A stretch of DNA of 64,000 nt. It comes from Carpediemonas membranifera BICM (Eukaryota; Protista; Fornicata). Where the stretch lies: NCBI GenBank assembly GCA_019828565.1, contig JAHDYR010000064.1:727162-791161 (forward strand), written 5' to 3'. A model generated the notes under the pieces. It ran no database searches. It was not told the origin of the DNA and saw nothing but the letters and a program-made list of their open reading frames with translations. Below are positions 31,536-43,852 of the stretch, in pieces. Position 1 is the first letter of the stretch, and the number at the start of each line of letters is the position of its first letter. A program made the translations under genes and the position numbers.

Positions 31536-33863
31536 TTAATCTCTGCTGTCAGCACCCTTCGCCACCGTGTTAATGTGCCTGACGATCTCAGACCTCTCGT
31601 TCACACGTCCATTCTTACCAAACGTGGCAATGAGTTCATCGCGACAGTTGGACAGGAGGGGAAGCTCGGCGTCTTCAACCCACTGATCAAGGAGCGAGCA
31701 GATGAGGATCACGGCCACCGTGTCGTTCGGGGTGCGGGACAGACGCGTGAGGACCCGCGAGACGCCGGCCACGGCATCGGGCGAGTCGGTGGGGTTGGCG
31801 ATCAGCGCCTTGAGCTGGTCCGCAGGGGCTTCAGGGTCAACTGTGCTCGTGATGGTGTCAATGATGGCGTTCAGCTCGGAATCAGCAGCCCTCATGGCAA
31901 TCATCACGGCGCCAGAGATGTCGTCGGAGTCGAGAAGTCGGTTGACTCTGGCCAAGTCAGACTCGGGTGTGGGTGTGGGTGTGGGGGTGAGCTGGTCGAT
32001 CGGCCGGACCAGGGCGTCGTTGAGCTTGTCCGTAGCGGCAGTGACGGTTGATTTGATCTCATCCAACATAATCTGGGAAGCCGTCTCGTAAGCGGGGGCG
32101 ACCTTCTTCATGAAAAGATCGGCAAACATCGACTGAATCTGACCCTCAATCTTTGAGTAAATCTTGTCAGCGACCATGTCAGAGAGGCGATCGAGATCAA
32201 TCTCTGAAGATTCAGCAGTCGCCTTCTGCACCTTAGCTGGCACCTTCCCGGCGCCTTGCTTGGGTCCGGGTTCGACTCTGGGCGCCGGTTCGGGGCTGAC
32301 AGCACGCTTGGGGTTGGCGAGAATGGCGACCGGCTGGGGAGTCTCCTTGGCGGGTGTTCTTGGCTTGCGGCGCTTGTCAGACTTATCTGAGCGGGTGCTC
32401 TTGGTCTCGCGGTCCACATTCTTCTTCTTCTCCTGCTGCTGGGGCTGGGCCTGTTTCACGGGGCTTGCCACCACTGGGGCGGGAGCGGGAGCGGGGGCTA
32501 CCTGGGGCTGGGGCACAGGGTGGGGCTGAGCCGTGTGCGGCATCATGGGCTGGGGGTGACGCGGCATGGGATGGGGCTGGGGGTTCTGGGGATACTGGGG
32601 TCCGGGTCCGGCTGCCATGCTGAACAGGTCATTGACACTGGCGCCCATGGGCCTGCTGCTGATGACTCCGAACAGGTCAGTGACGGATGTCCCTGAGGGC
32701 TTCGTCTGGGCAGTTGGGCCCGTGATCAGGTCAAGAGTGGTCTCGATGACGCGGTCAGGAAGCATGGCAAGGACCTCGACGCCGACAGTCGGCCCTTCCT
32801 CACCCGACCCGAAACGGATCATCGTCTTGTGCTGGGGACGGGCCTTGACTGCAACGAAGTCAAGAACACGTCCGCCGAGTGAGATCTCAGCGTGAGATTG
32901 GATAGATGAAGAATCAGGACTGACTGTCAGGATGGATACCATCTGAGTCTGTGAGTTCGTCAAAAAGACAAAGTTGTCAACCACGGTCGGTCTGCAGTCA
33001 GAAGGGATGGAGACGAGTGCCGCAGCGATCGGATCGACATTGATACGATCCTCGTTGATCGTCATATCATGCAGTGTAAGGTCGGCCGAGTCGCCCGTGT
33101 CCTCCACGAGAAGGAGCCCGGCCCTCGTGGGGTCGGCGCCCTTGACTAGACAGACGCTGGTGACCTTATCCGTACCCTGTAGGGCCCGCATGACGTGGAT
33201 ATCCTGGAGTCGGCCGTTGAGAGGGAGTACGAACGCCATGACGGAGGATTCGAGGCACAGGACAACGATGTCGCCCCCGCCAATGGGGGTGACAGTCACA
33301 CTCTTCACGACAGAGTCGAGGAACACGCTGTCTGAGTCTGCGATGAGGTCATCGATCTGGGACTTGCTTCGGATGGGTGCGGTGTTGGACTCCATAACCG
33401 AGGGAAGGGCGACCGTTGACACCGTGCCGTTGTCTGTGACAATTAGCAGACGCGTGCGGCTGCCGGAGAGGGGGTTGATGAACTTGATCGGGGCGGGTGA
33501 GGTGAAGACAGCGGCGTGGTGTAGACGATCATAAGCCCATACTTCTTCTGGTGGGCAGAAACCCACGTCGAAAACTGCGAGAGAATTGTCCGTCGACGCT
33601 GCGATGAAGCGGTTGTTAGAGAAGGAGACAATATCGTGCAGAGTCTGGCGGAGGAATAGCTTTGTCTTGGTTTTGACGCGATTGTCATCATGCGAGGCTT
33701 GGGCAAGCCTGAGAAGGAATGACTGGGGCGTAGCAGGCGATATTTTCATTTTCATAGCGTATGCGACGCTTTCACCGGCAAGGGCGAGATAGTGGCCTCG
33801 CTGCACGTCAAACGAGACAGGTGTTGCGAATTTCGCGATAGTGTCGACTTTCACGTTATTCAT
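31536..33863 (-). CDS. EDC4/Ge-1/VARICOSE-like mRNA decapping scaffold
   Basis: VKVDTIAKF...GHYLAL WD40 start, Pro-rich linker, VAPAYETASQIMLDEI helical motif resembling EDC4. Confidence 0.6.
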   Translation of the reverse strand: MNNVKVDTIAKFATPVSFDVQRGHYLALAGESVAYAMKMKISPATPQSFLLRLAQASHDDNRVKTKTKLFLRQTLHDIVSFSNNRFIAASTDNSLAVFDVGFCPPEEVWAYDRLHHAAVFTSPAPIKFINPLSGSRTRLLIVTDNGTVSTVALPSVMESNTAPIRSKSQIDDLIADSDSVFLDSVVKSVTVTPIGGGDIVVLCLESSVMAFVLPLNGRLQDIHVMRALQGTDKVTSVCLVKGADPTRAGLLLVEDTGDSADLTLHDMTINEDRINVDPIAAALVSIPSDCRPTVVDNFVFLTNSQTQMVSILTVSPDSSSIQSHAEISLGGRVLDFVAVKARPQHKTMIRFGSGEEGPTVGVEVLAMLPDRVIETTLDLITGPTAQTKPSGTSVTDLFGVISSRPMGASVNDLFSMAAGPGPQYPQNPQPHPMPRHPQPMMPHTAQPHPVPQPQVAPAPAPAPVVASPVKQAQPQQQEKKKNVDRETKSTRSDKSDKRRKPRTPAKETPQPVAILANPKRAVSPEPAPRVEPGPKQGAGKVPAKVQKATAESSEIDLDRLSDMVADKIYSKIEGQIQSMFADLFMKKVAPAYETASQIMLDEIKSTVTAATDKLNDALVRPIDQLTPTPTPTPESDLARVNRLLDSDDISGAVMIAMRAADSELNAIIDTITSTVDPEAPADQLKALIANPTDSPDAVAGVSRVLTRLSRTPNDTVAVILICSLLDQWVEDAELPLLSNCRDELIATFGKNGRVNERSEIVRHINTVAKGADSRD

Positions 33864-35002
33864 TTGAGTTCCAATAGGATTTTTTGAGAATTCTACGGCT
33901 TCTATCCAAATACTAGCGCCATAGGCGTCATCATTTCGGTGCATTGCGTTCTCACTTCTTTCGAGACGGATTAACGTGGGGCCTTTATGGTTGGGGCAAT
34001 TCACATAAATCAATTTGATTAGTGAGTGCAGACAGTCACCAGCTCAGCGAGCTAGCCTTGTCGACATCACAGCCTTGACACGGCATGTCTCATCGATCTG
34101 CGATCAATAAGCCTAGATGAATCGATCACGATGGCAGTCCACCTCGCTGGAGCCAGAGCAGGCATAGGTGCTAGAAACATGCAAATACAGTCCATCCAGG
34201 GCAATGGAGTCTGACGGTGCGACGGGGAAGATTGCTCTATCACTGCGTGGTAGGCTGAAATGAAGCGGATTGCGCTCAAAAAGGAAGGAATGCGGCTATC
34301 TATATCATCTCATGCTTAGTATCACTAGCACCTGTCCAATTGAGATTCTATTGCTTCATTCGCCCAGCCCATTGGCGGTGAATCATGTGAAGCTGAGCTA
34401 ATGAAATGTTTGCAACGAAACTAACTGCGATTCACGTCTCATAAGCATCGTTCAAGCATACCGCCCTCATCCAAACCACCACAGCCTCTCTCACCGGTAA
34501 TAGTCTGGCCGCCATCACTGCCGCCAACCAACCGACATGAGCTCGCAGACACGTGTAGGTCGAGTCAGCACGTCTATAGTGGACTACTCCATTGCTGAGA
34601 TAGAGGGGCTAGCTTAGATTGATCCAGATCATCATAAGTCCCGTCAAGTCTCACGAGCTTCATCACTGGCAGGCTTTCAGTGAATCGGCAACTCATGCCA
34701 AACCGAGAGATGAACCACTGAAAGATCCACCCTGTAACGTGGATGCTCTTTCAAATTCATGGTCTTGCTTGGTCCACCTCTAGGGACCATGATTGACCGC
34801 AAAGCCAAAAATCGTAGCGCAATCTAACCATATACGGATATATTTTGCGATAAATCATGTGCCCTAGAACATTTTGTCACACCCCGACCGTAAGAGATTG
34901 ACCGAGACCGATCCCGATATTCTCAGTCGGGCATTCACTCAATCCTGCTCGCGAGAAATTTTTCTTGCATGCAGACCTTCAAGGTTCGAACCAGTACGAC
35001 CC

Positions 35003-38000
35003 ATGTCTTGCATTGGCATTGATCTTGGCGGTGTTGGCGCTCATATCGTCGTCTCTGATGAGAGCGGCGCCATCGTTTACCAGGCTTCCAAGGCTCACCA
35101 CGGCAACCCTCTTCCTACTCTTGCTGAGCTCATCCCCACTGAGTTCCTGAACAAGGACTCCGTTGTTGGTGTTACCGGCCTTCTTGCTCCCATCATCTGC
35201 TCCAAGCTCGGCCTTGAGCCCATCGATACCGTGAACTGCACTGTTCGTGGCCTCCAGTCTCTCACCGACAAGAAGTTCGACCACATTATCGACATCGGTG
35301 GCACTTCCCTTTCCCTTGTTTCCCTTGAGAAGCAGAACGAGTTTAAGTCTTTCTCTTGCAACACCCTTTGCGCCGCCGGTACTGGCTCCTTCCTTGACGA
35401 GCAGGCCTCCCGTCTCGGCATCTCCTACGACAAGATCGAGGCCAAGGACACCTACGAGCAGCCCCCCTCTATCGCCGCTCGTTGCGCAGTCTTCGCCAAG
35501 TCTGATCTCATCCACCGTCAGCAGCAGGGTTACACGCCCGAGCAGTGCTGGTCCGGCCTTTGCCGCGGTATGACCAAGACCATCGTCTCTACCCTCTTCA
35601 AGGGCCGCCGTTCCGCTGGCGAGATCGTCGCCATCGGTGGTGTCGCCCTCAACAACGAGGTTGTCTACTGGCTCAACGACGAGTGCGAGGGCAACGTCCA
35701 GACCCTCCCCAGCACCCAGGCTGACCTCATCACCGCCATCGGTGCGATGAAGCTCGCCAAGGAGCGCTCCCTCCCCTCCGTCTCCATCACTGAGACCACC
35801 CTCACCGAGGAGGACCTCCTCGACAAGGACAAGTACCACCTCCGCAAGCCCCTCGTCCTCAACAAGACCCACTACCCCTCTTTCGACTGCTTCGATGAAT
35901 GGATCAACGAGGATCGCTCCGAGATCCGCGTCCTCTGTGACCTCAACCAAATCAAGTCCGAGGCTGGCGAGATCATCGCCTACTGCGGTCTCGATATCGG
36001 CTCCACCTCTACCAAGGCGCTGCTCGTCAACGACAAGGAGGAGCCCATCCTCGATATTTACCGTAAGACCCGCGGTGACCCCCTTGGTGCCACCTCCCTT
36101 CTCTTCAAGGCCGTCCGCGAGGTCGCCGAGAAGTACGGCATCACCATCACTGTCAGCGGCTTCGGCACCACTGGTTCCGGCCGTAAGATCGTCGGCCAGG
36201 TCTGCGGTGCCGACTTTGTCGTCAACGAGATCACTGCTCACGTCACTGGCGCCATGAAGGTTGACCCTACCATCGACACCATCTTCGAGATCGGTGGCCA
36301 GGACGCCAAGTACATCCACACGGTCAACGGCCGCCACCACAACTCTAACATGAACTACGTGTGCGCTGCCGGTACCGGCTCCTTCGTCGAGGAGCTCGCC
36401 CGCTCCCTTGGCTTCGACCTCTTCACCCTCGGTGACGAGTGCCTCGGCGCCCAGCCCCCCGCCACGTCCGAGAGGTAAGTTCCCTTTCACTCACACTTAC
36501 GTAGATGCACTGTCTTCATGCAGCAGGACGCCGCCCGCCTCCTCCGCGAGGGTGTGTCCAAGCGCGACGTCATGGCCGCCGTCATGTACTCCGTCGTCCG
36601 CAACTACCTCCTCAAGGTCGTTGGCTCCCGCTACTACTCCCGTAAGAAGGTCTTCTTCCAGGGCGCTACTGCCAAGAACAAGTCTCTTGTTGCCGCCTTC
36701 GAGAACCTCCTCGATGTCGAGGTTGTCGTCTCCCCTCTCTGCCACGTCATGGGCTCGTATGGTGTCGCCCTTCTCACGGCCCAGCGCCTCCAGAAGTCTG
36801 GCAACCAGACCACCTTCGTCGGCATCGACTTCAACTCCTCCCACGTCAAGCTCGTGAAGGAGAGCTGCACTTTCTGCAACAACTACTGCGAGATCACCTT
36901 CGCCGAGGTCGAGGGTCTCGAGAACCGCCCCTCCTGGGGCTACATGTGCGGCCGTGACCCAGAAGACAACAAGGTCCGCCGCTGCGACGAGTACAAGTGG
37001 TTCACCAAGAGAAACGGCATATTCCGCAAGAAGTACGCCCTGCCCGCTAGCCACAAGGCCGTCGAGCAGAAGAAGACGATCGGCATCAACCGCTGCCTGC
37101 TGACCTGGGAGTTCTACCCCCTCTACCGCGCCGTCTTCGAGCACCTTGGCTTCAACGTCAAGCTCTCCCGCCCCACTGACCGCAACACCGTCGAGATGTC
37201 CTCCCAGTGGGTCGGCGCCGACTACTGCTTCCCCGCTAAGCTCGCCCACGGGCACACCCGTGACCTCCTGGACGACGCCGAGGTCGACTTCGTCTTCCTC
37301 CCCTACAGCACTGGCTCCTTCAGCTCTCCCCAGACTAACAACTCGTGCTTCTGCCCCTACAACACCGCCACGGCCTCTTTCATCAACTCGGCCATTTACC
37401 TCAACTCCACCAAGGCCGACACCGACGCTGCCCGCATCATCTCCCCCGTCATCGACTTCCGCCAGACCCCCAAGACCATCGCCATGCGCATGGCTGAGGT
37501 CCTCACGCCCAAGCTCGGCGTCAGCGAGAAGGATATCCTCAACGCCCTCAACCACGCCATGGACGTCTGGAGCAACTACCAGGAGGGCCTCCAGGGCATC
37601 GGCCAGCAGGCCCTCGCCGACCTCGAGGCTAACCCCGACGGCAAGCCCGGCATTGTCATCATCGGCCGCCCCTACAACGTCTACGACTCTGGCGCCAACC
37701 TCGACCTTCCCAAGAAGATTGCCATGCTCGGCTTCCCCGTGATCCCCATGGAGACCCTGCCCCTCGACTCTGTCCAGCTCGACGCCGAGCACGCCAACAT
37801 GTACTGGGCTTACGGCCGTAAGATCCTGCAGGCCGCCAAGTTCATCTCCCAGCACGAGCGTCTGTACGGTGTCTACTTCACCAACTTCTGCTGCGGGCCT
37901 GACGCCTTCATCCAGACCTACGTCGAGCAGATCATGGGCCACAAGCCCATGCTGATGCTCGAGCTCGATGAGCATGGTGCCGATGCCGGCTACATCACCC

Positions 38001-39277
38001 GTATCGAGGCCTTCGCCGACGTCCTTTCCCAGACCAACGTCATCACATGGAACGCCAAGCCCCTCGACGTCAAGCCCTTCGACAAGGAGACCACCCTCAA
38101 GGACCGCATCATGTGGATCCCCATCATCCAGCCTGTCTGTGCTGAGCTCACGGCCGCCGTCATCCGCGCCTCTGGCCAGGACTGCCGCGTGCTCCCCCCT
38201 GAAACCGGCGACGTTTACGACCTCGGCCGTTCCCTCACCCGTGGCACTGAGTGCGTGCCCTGCCCCACTGTGCTCGGTGGCTTCCTCAACGTCATGCGCA
38301 CCTGGCCCGACCAGAGCCAGAAGCACGCCATCCTCATGACTGAGGCCCACGGCCCCTGCCGCTACGGCCAGTACCGTACCCTCCAGCGCGTTGTCCTCAA
38401 CGAGCAGGGTTTCGAGGACGTCCCCATCGTCTACTGGTCGGCCCGCGACTCGTACGCCGCCGCTGAGGGCTACTCTCGCCGCATCATCTTCCAGGCTGTC
38501 TGCACCGGCGACCTTCTCGTTAAGATGCGCAACCGCGCCGCTCCCTACACCCGCACCCCCGCCGAGAAGCAGGAGGTCGAGGAGATGCTCGTTGAGTTCA
38601 CCCGCCGTTGTGCTGACGCCTACGAGAACAACCAGCCTGCCCGCGTCAAGGACATCATCCGTGAGGCTGCCCGCCGCTTCAAGGCCAAGATGGACCCCTC
38701 GATGCCCCGCAAGCCCGTCGTCGGCCTCGTTGGTGAGATTTACATCCGTACTAACAAGTACCTCAACCGCGACCTCGTCGGCGCCATTGAGGCGTGCGGC
38801 GGTGAGGCCTGGGCCGCTCCCATCGCCGAGTGGGTGCTCTACGCCGCCGCCATGGAGGGCTACAAGGGCAAGCGCAACAAGACCGCCATCATGGGCCGCG
38901 CTGGCACCTACATCAAGAACCTCTTCCTCTCCAAGGACTTCAAGGACATCTACGCTGCCGGTGCCGAGCTGATCTCCGACTCGCCCGAGTCTGACCCGCT
39001 CGAGACCATCAAGGAGGGCGCTGAGTACATGTCCCAGGACTTCGAGGGTGAGGCCCTCTGCACAGTCGGCCGCGCCGTCGAGTTTATCAAGCACGGCGCC
39101 GCCCTCGTCGTTAACGTCACCCCCTTCGGCTGCATGCCTGGCAACATCACAATGGGTGTTTTTGAACGCGTTCAGGAGGAGCACAACGCCTCTATCGTGA
39201 ACATGGTTTATGACGGCGACTCTGACATTAACGGGAAGATCAACGTCTTCATGTCCAACCTTCGCCAGCGCGAGTAA
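35003..39277 (+). CDS. Bacterial-type 2-hydroxyacyl-CoA dehydratase activase fusion (2x BcrAD/BadFG ATPase, DUF2229-like and dehydratase-like domains; intron 36475-36504)
   Basis: GIDLGG and GLDIGSTSTK, two CAAGTGSF, RCAVF and spliced RCTVF, CFPAKLAHGH, FCCGPD, GPCRYGQY, PFGCMP. Confidence 0.92.
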
Positions 39278-39702
39278 GACTGTAAACATGATGCTTATTG
39301 GAGACTTGGGGTGTTGTGGGACTGGGCAGTTTTTTATGGTAGTCTCATCACTGTCAATGTTGCACGCACGGAGGGGGCGAAGGCCCTGGTGTGATCCGGG
39401 GTGAGGTACGAGGGGATGCAGTATCCTACCGCGGGATCTTTCACTCTGCTGACTTTATTGGTGACTTTTTATAGGTGTACAGCCCGGGGAGAGTGGCTGG
39501 GGGAATCTTGAACCCTAGGACAATGAGGACCTCGAGGCCCCCCGCCCAGGACGGACATAAATTTCTTCCTTCCTTTCTTTCACTGTCAATGTTGCTTGTG
39601 TGATGCAACGTAACCCGTGCCAATTGGGCCGATTGCGCCCACTACCCCCGGTTCATCTCGGAGGACAATAAGGGAATAAATGAATTTATACAGACTCGTC
39701 CA

Positions 39703-40956
39703 CTAGTGGCTGGCCCACTTGATCTGGCTGATATCGATGCCCTCCTGGACCATCTCGTACAACGGCGACAGCTCCCGCAGCCGCCCCACCGTACCTGCCA
39801 GATGTTCGAGTGTGAAGTCGACCTCATCCTCGGTGCTGAACCGCCCGAGCCCCATCCTCAAGCTCGTGTGGGATTGGTCAGCGGGCACACCCAGCGCGTG
39901 CAGCACGTAGCTCGGTTCGAGAGAGGCCGAGGTGCAGGCAGACCCGGAGGAGACGGCGACGTCGTGGAGGCCCATGATAAGGGACTCGCCCTCGACGTAC
40001 GAGAACGAGACGTTGAGGTTGCCGACGTAGCGCTTGGTAGGGTGTCCGTTCAGAGTCACATGCGGGATACGGCGCTGGATGCCCGTCCACAGCTTGTCCG
40101 CGAGGCTTGAGATGTGTCTGTGGTCGCGGTCCATTTCCCCCTCGGCTAGCTCCGCCGCCCGCCCCAGTCCCACAGCAAGGGGCGTCGCGACAGTGCCAGA
40201 GCGGATGCCACGCTCCTGCCCGCCGCCCGAGATGACCGGGGCGAGGCGGATGCGAGGTCTGCGGCCGACGAAGAGGGCACCGACGCCCTTGGGGCCGTAG
40301 ATCTTGTGGCCAGAGATCGACATGAGGTCCACGTGCTGGCGGACCACGTCCAGGGGGATCTTACCGAAGCCCTGGGCCGCGTCGGTGTGGAATACGACGC
40401 CGTGCTTGCGACAGAGGGTGCCGATGGCCTCGAGGTCCTGGATGACGCCGATCTCGTTGTTCACGGCCATTACAGAGACAAGGGCCGTGTCAGGGCGCTT
40501 TTCGAGGATCTCCCTGAGGTCGTTAGGGTCTACTATGCCCTGGTCGTCGACGGGGACGTAGGTCACGTCGAAGCCGCGGGCCTCGAGGTAACGGACAGAC
40601 TCAAGGACGCATTTGTGCTCGAGATGGGTCGTGACGATGTGCTTGCGGCCCTTGCGCTCAGCCTGAAGTGCTGCGCCCTTGATGGCAATGTTGTTTGACT
40701 CCGTAGCACCACTGGTGAAGACAATGTCCTTGGGAGAGGCGTGGATAACCGACGCAATGTGCGCGCGGGCATCCTCGACAGCCTCAGAAGCTTCCCATCC
40801 CATGGTGTGTGTCCGTGAGTGGGGATTGCCGTATTGTTCAGTGAGAAAGGGCATCATGGTGTCTAAAACTCGGGGATCAAGAGGAGTTGTCGCCTGGAAG
40901 TCCAAGTAGATAGGACGAATGACATTCTTGGCCGCATTAGTGGTATTGCTTAGCAT
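39703..40956 (-). CDS. NFS1: Cysteine desulfurase IscS/Nfs1 with short N-terminal leader
   Basis: YLDFQATTP, FTSGATE, SGHKIYGPKG, SSGSACTSASLEPSYVL, LRELSPL. Confidence 0.96.
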   Translation of the reverse strand: MLSNTTNAAKNVIRPIYLDFQATTPLDPRVLDTMMPFLTEQYGNPHSRTHTMGWEASEAVEDARAHIASVIHASPKDIVFTSGATESNNIAIKGAALQAERKGRKHIVTTHLEHKCVLESVRYLEARGFDVTYVPVDDQGIVDPNDLREILEKRPDTALVSVMAVNNEIGVIQDLEAIGTLCRKHGVVFHTDAAQGFGKIPLDVVRQHVDLMSISGHKIYGPKGVGALFVGRRPRIRLAPVISGGGQERGIRSGTVATPLAVGLGRAAELAEGEMDRDHRHISSLADKLWTGIQRRIPHVTLNGHPTKRYVGNLNVSFSYVEGESLIMGLHDVAVSSGSACTSASLEPSYVLHALGVPADQSHTSLRMGLGRFSTEDEVDFTLEHLAGTVGRLRELSPLYEMVQEGIDISQIKWASH

Positions 40957-41391
40957 TGTTGTGTTGCCACGTTTTGCAACTAGGTACCACGACAAATCGA
41001 CTGCTGCCGACTTGCCGAGTCGGGATTCGATTGAAGTCAGCGCTGATTCAGGTAGCCTGGTTCCCACCATCACTGTATGAGCTGCACCAGGTGCCTCGTT
41101 TTGTCGACCACAGCCGGGGTGGAGCTTCCGTGCCAGCTCAGATCCGTCCGGGATGTCCGTGGTTGCAGCCCCCGCCTAGCAGCGGTAGACGTTGAAGATG
41201 GTATAGTTGTCGGATGAGAGCATCCGCGACCTCTCCCAGCCTGTGGCAAGGTGCACATTCGCGTGTCAAGGTAACATCAATGAGTTGACCTTGCCGACAG
41301 TACACTCGGCAGTACAGTCCACCCGAGACGTTTATAACGGGAACTGAAAGAGAATAATACTAGTAATGCTATCGTAATCGCATGAGTGCCG

Positions 41392-43740
41392 CTAGAACCC
41401 GGCGCGTGTCTTCTTCCGCTTCTTCGGGACGTCCTTCCTCACGACGACCGTCTTCACGCTCTGCGTGGCCATGCCTGCCCCCTGCGACAAGACAGGCTGT
41501 GACCCCTGACTGCCGATCAGTCCCTGGGACACTGCTTGGATGGATGGCAGTGACTCTGGCAGAGTCGCCATGTGAGACCGTCTTGGGGCTGTGCGGGCCG
41601 ACTCGGGACAGTCGACCGGGAGGGGGTCACTGGCCATGGGGGCAAGGTCATGGGCTGATGAGACGGCCTGTGCGACCGGGGGGACGGGGATGGCACTGTC
41701 GTCTTCTTCGAGGGCGTCTACAACAGTGTTGGCCACGAAGAGGTCGTCATATGGCACAGCACCACTATAGCGGGCGGCCTCGAGCTCATTGTTGTGGTAC
41801 ACACACCCTCTAGCAAGGTACTGCGCCTCGGTGACACCTTTGATCGCCCGCTCCGTGGAGAATTGAATAGGGGTGTTTGAACTGAAGTCCCCACTTCGGA
41901 TTGCTTCAAAGTCCTCAGCAGTTGGTCGGAACACAAGAGGATGGCGCTTACGGCGACGGAGATCAGATATTACATCCACATCCTTGTCGGCTCGGCTCTG
42001 AGTCGCCTGCTGAGTCGCCAACTCGATCATCTGGGACAGACCCATCGATTGCGGCTGGAGGGGTTCCACGTCAGTCTCAGTTTCACTTTGGGACTCATGA
42101 CTCGATTCGTTGGACTTTGACCTTTGTCTGACGCTTTGGTAGATTCCGCCGTCGCCAAGGTAGTCCAGGAGAGCGTCGTATCGTGGCCGAGCCCAGCTGC
42201 CGCGGGAGAACACAATGACCGGATCTATCGGACCAATAGATTTGATCCGAATATCACCCGAATCCGCAGATACACTGGGGACATCCACACCATCCAACAT
42301 CGCCTTGAACTTGGGTGTGTGTCTCCAACACTTGATATCGACCAGACCTCTGTGTGCCTTCATCATGGCTTTTAGCCCCCCCTGCTGCCGGTTAGCTAAC
42401 AATGGGGGGAACTCTTCGAGCTGCTGGTCCGGCACGTCTGGGTCGACCTCCACGAAAGCGAACGAGACCGGGGTGTTCCCTTGCACTAAACTGCCCCTGA
42501 TCCAGACGACCTGGCCGTTCCCGTAGCCGACAAAGAGGGACAGACGGTCATCCTGTCCCACCTGCATGCCGAGCCCCATCACCCTGGCGTTGTATGCACT
42601 TGTCCAGGCAGCCGTCTTGTTGCCTGAGTCCGGCAGCGTGGGTAGGGGAAGGGCGAGGAAGCCGCTCGTCTGGCCATCTTTTTCAATCAAAAGATGCACC
42701 TGGTGTCCGTTGGTGACAGCGACAACGGTGCCGATAGAGCATGGGGCGGTCCGAATAAAGTAAGGGCCACCTGTCACGGGCAGGTTGTGGTCAGACTCTG
42801 CTCCAGTCATGTCATTAAACAGGCTGGTTTTGGTCAGGAGATAGTCGCCGCATGCAGCAACAGGCGAGGTATGCCAGCGCAGAGCAGTGTATTCCGTCTC
42901 ACCATTCGGAGCTTCGTCACAAATAACTCTGTGAACTATCTTCCGTGATGAGAAATAAATGTCAACAGTGCGGTGGGCGACCTCCGTCATGATGAGTCCC
43001 ACAGTGGTCGGTAGTTGGAGCTGGGGGACGACCATGGCATCCTCGCCGTCTTTCGCGGTCGGGCGAGGGATCAGCGCGGAGTTGATCCAATCTGTAGATC
43101 CAAACGCGATCCAAAGATCGTCCCAATCATTCGTGGCGAGGGGAACCACCGAGTGAGCGTCTAGGGAGAACTCAGGCCCGGCTATGGCGCGGATAGAGTC
43201 ACTGCGCCGGGAGACCCTGATGGTTCCCACGGTCCCCTCCGTCGATCTCGTGAGAAAGAGGCCGGGAAGAAAGGTGGTCAGCTGGACAATAGGGCTGGCC
43301 ACAGTCACCTGTGTCGTGCAGAGTGTCTCCTCGTCCTGGATGAGGCAAAGGACGACGGTTGTTGAGTCCTTTCCCGTTACGGCGGCCAATAGAGTCGGGG
43401 GTTCGAGGGAAGGGTCCTCCTTCCGCCTCTTGGTGAAGGAGTGGCATGCTACTGTGCATACATCCCTGTGATAGTCGTCCATACGGGGCACATGAGCCGT
43501 GACGCCGACGTCTTCGGCCCTCCAGGCACCAATCAGTGTCGTGGACAGAGTTTCAACCATGGTGATGCTCGGTAACACTCCAGGAGCTACTTTTCCAGTC
43601 ACAAACTGGGGTGCGAACATCATACCATGCGTCAGAGAGGCGAGCATGCCAAGATCAGCCGTGTGCTTCGTAAGTTGGACAGGTGAAACAAACGTCGACT
43701 CTAGGGCCCTTCTCTTCATATTCTGGCTCAGTAGCCTCAA
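41392..43740 (-). CDS. Hypothetical beta-propeller protein, possible TAF1C/Rrn6 (Pol I core factor)
   Basis: 782-aa ORF; beta-rich N-terminus, SQ-rich tail, terminal KKRKKTRAGF. Confidence 0.4.
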   Translation of the reverse strand: MRLLSQNMKRRALESTFVSPVQLTKHTADLGMLASLTHGMMFAPQFVTGKVAPGVLPSITMVETLSTTLIGAWRAEDVGVTAHVPRMDDYHRDVCTVACHSFTKRRKEDPSLEPPTLLAAVTGKDSTTVVLCLIQDEETLCTTQVTVASPIVQLTTFLPGLFLTRSTEGTVGTIRVSRRSDSIRAIAGPEFSLDAHSVVPLATNDWDDLWIAFGSTDWINSALIPRPTAKDGEDAMVVPQLQLPTTVGLIMTEVAHRTVDIYFSSRKIVHRVICDEAPNGETEYTALRWHTSPVAACGDYLLTKTSLFNDMTGAESDHNLPVTGGPYFIRTAPCSIGTVVAVTNGHQVHLLIEKDGQTSGFLALPLPTLPDSGNKTAAWTSAYNARVMGLGMQVGQDDRLSLFVGYGNGQVVWIRGSLVQGNTPVSFAFVEVDPDVPDQQLEEFPPLLANRQQGGLKAMMKAHRGLVDIKCWRHTPKFKAMLDGVDVPSVSADSGDIRIKSIGPIDPVIVFSRGSWARPRYDALLDYLGDGGIYQSVRQRSKSNESSHESQSETETDVEPLQPQSMGLSQMIELATQQATQSRADKDVDVISDLRRRKRHPLVFRPTAEDFEAIRSGDFSSNTPIQFSTERAIKGVTEAQYLARGCVYHNNELEAARYSGAVPYDDLFVANTVVDALEEDDSAIPVPPVAQAVSSAHDLAPMASDPLPVDCPESARTAPRRSHMATLPESLPSIQAVSQGLIGSQGSQPVLSQGAGMATQSVKTVVVRKDVPKKRKKTRAGF

Positions 43741-43852
43741 TAGAGAACTGCTGAGTGACAGTGAGCGATGAGATTGGCCTGTCCATCGCTCAATGTGACA
43801 TAATCTGCACGTTTAAAAAACAGGCTTAATATCGATTTAAATGTGTATCATA

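Noticed and set aside
34014-35002. 1-kb gap as a hidden gene or ncRNA
   Set aside because: No convincing ORF, repeat or structure; probably the divergent promoter region.
34979-39289. Long antisense ORFs (503 and 930 aa)
   Set aside because: Shadows of strong codon bias in the activase gene; no motifs.
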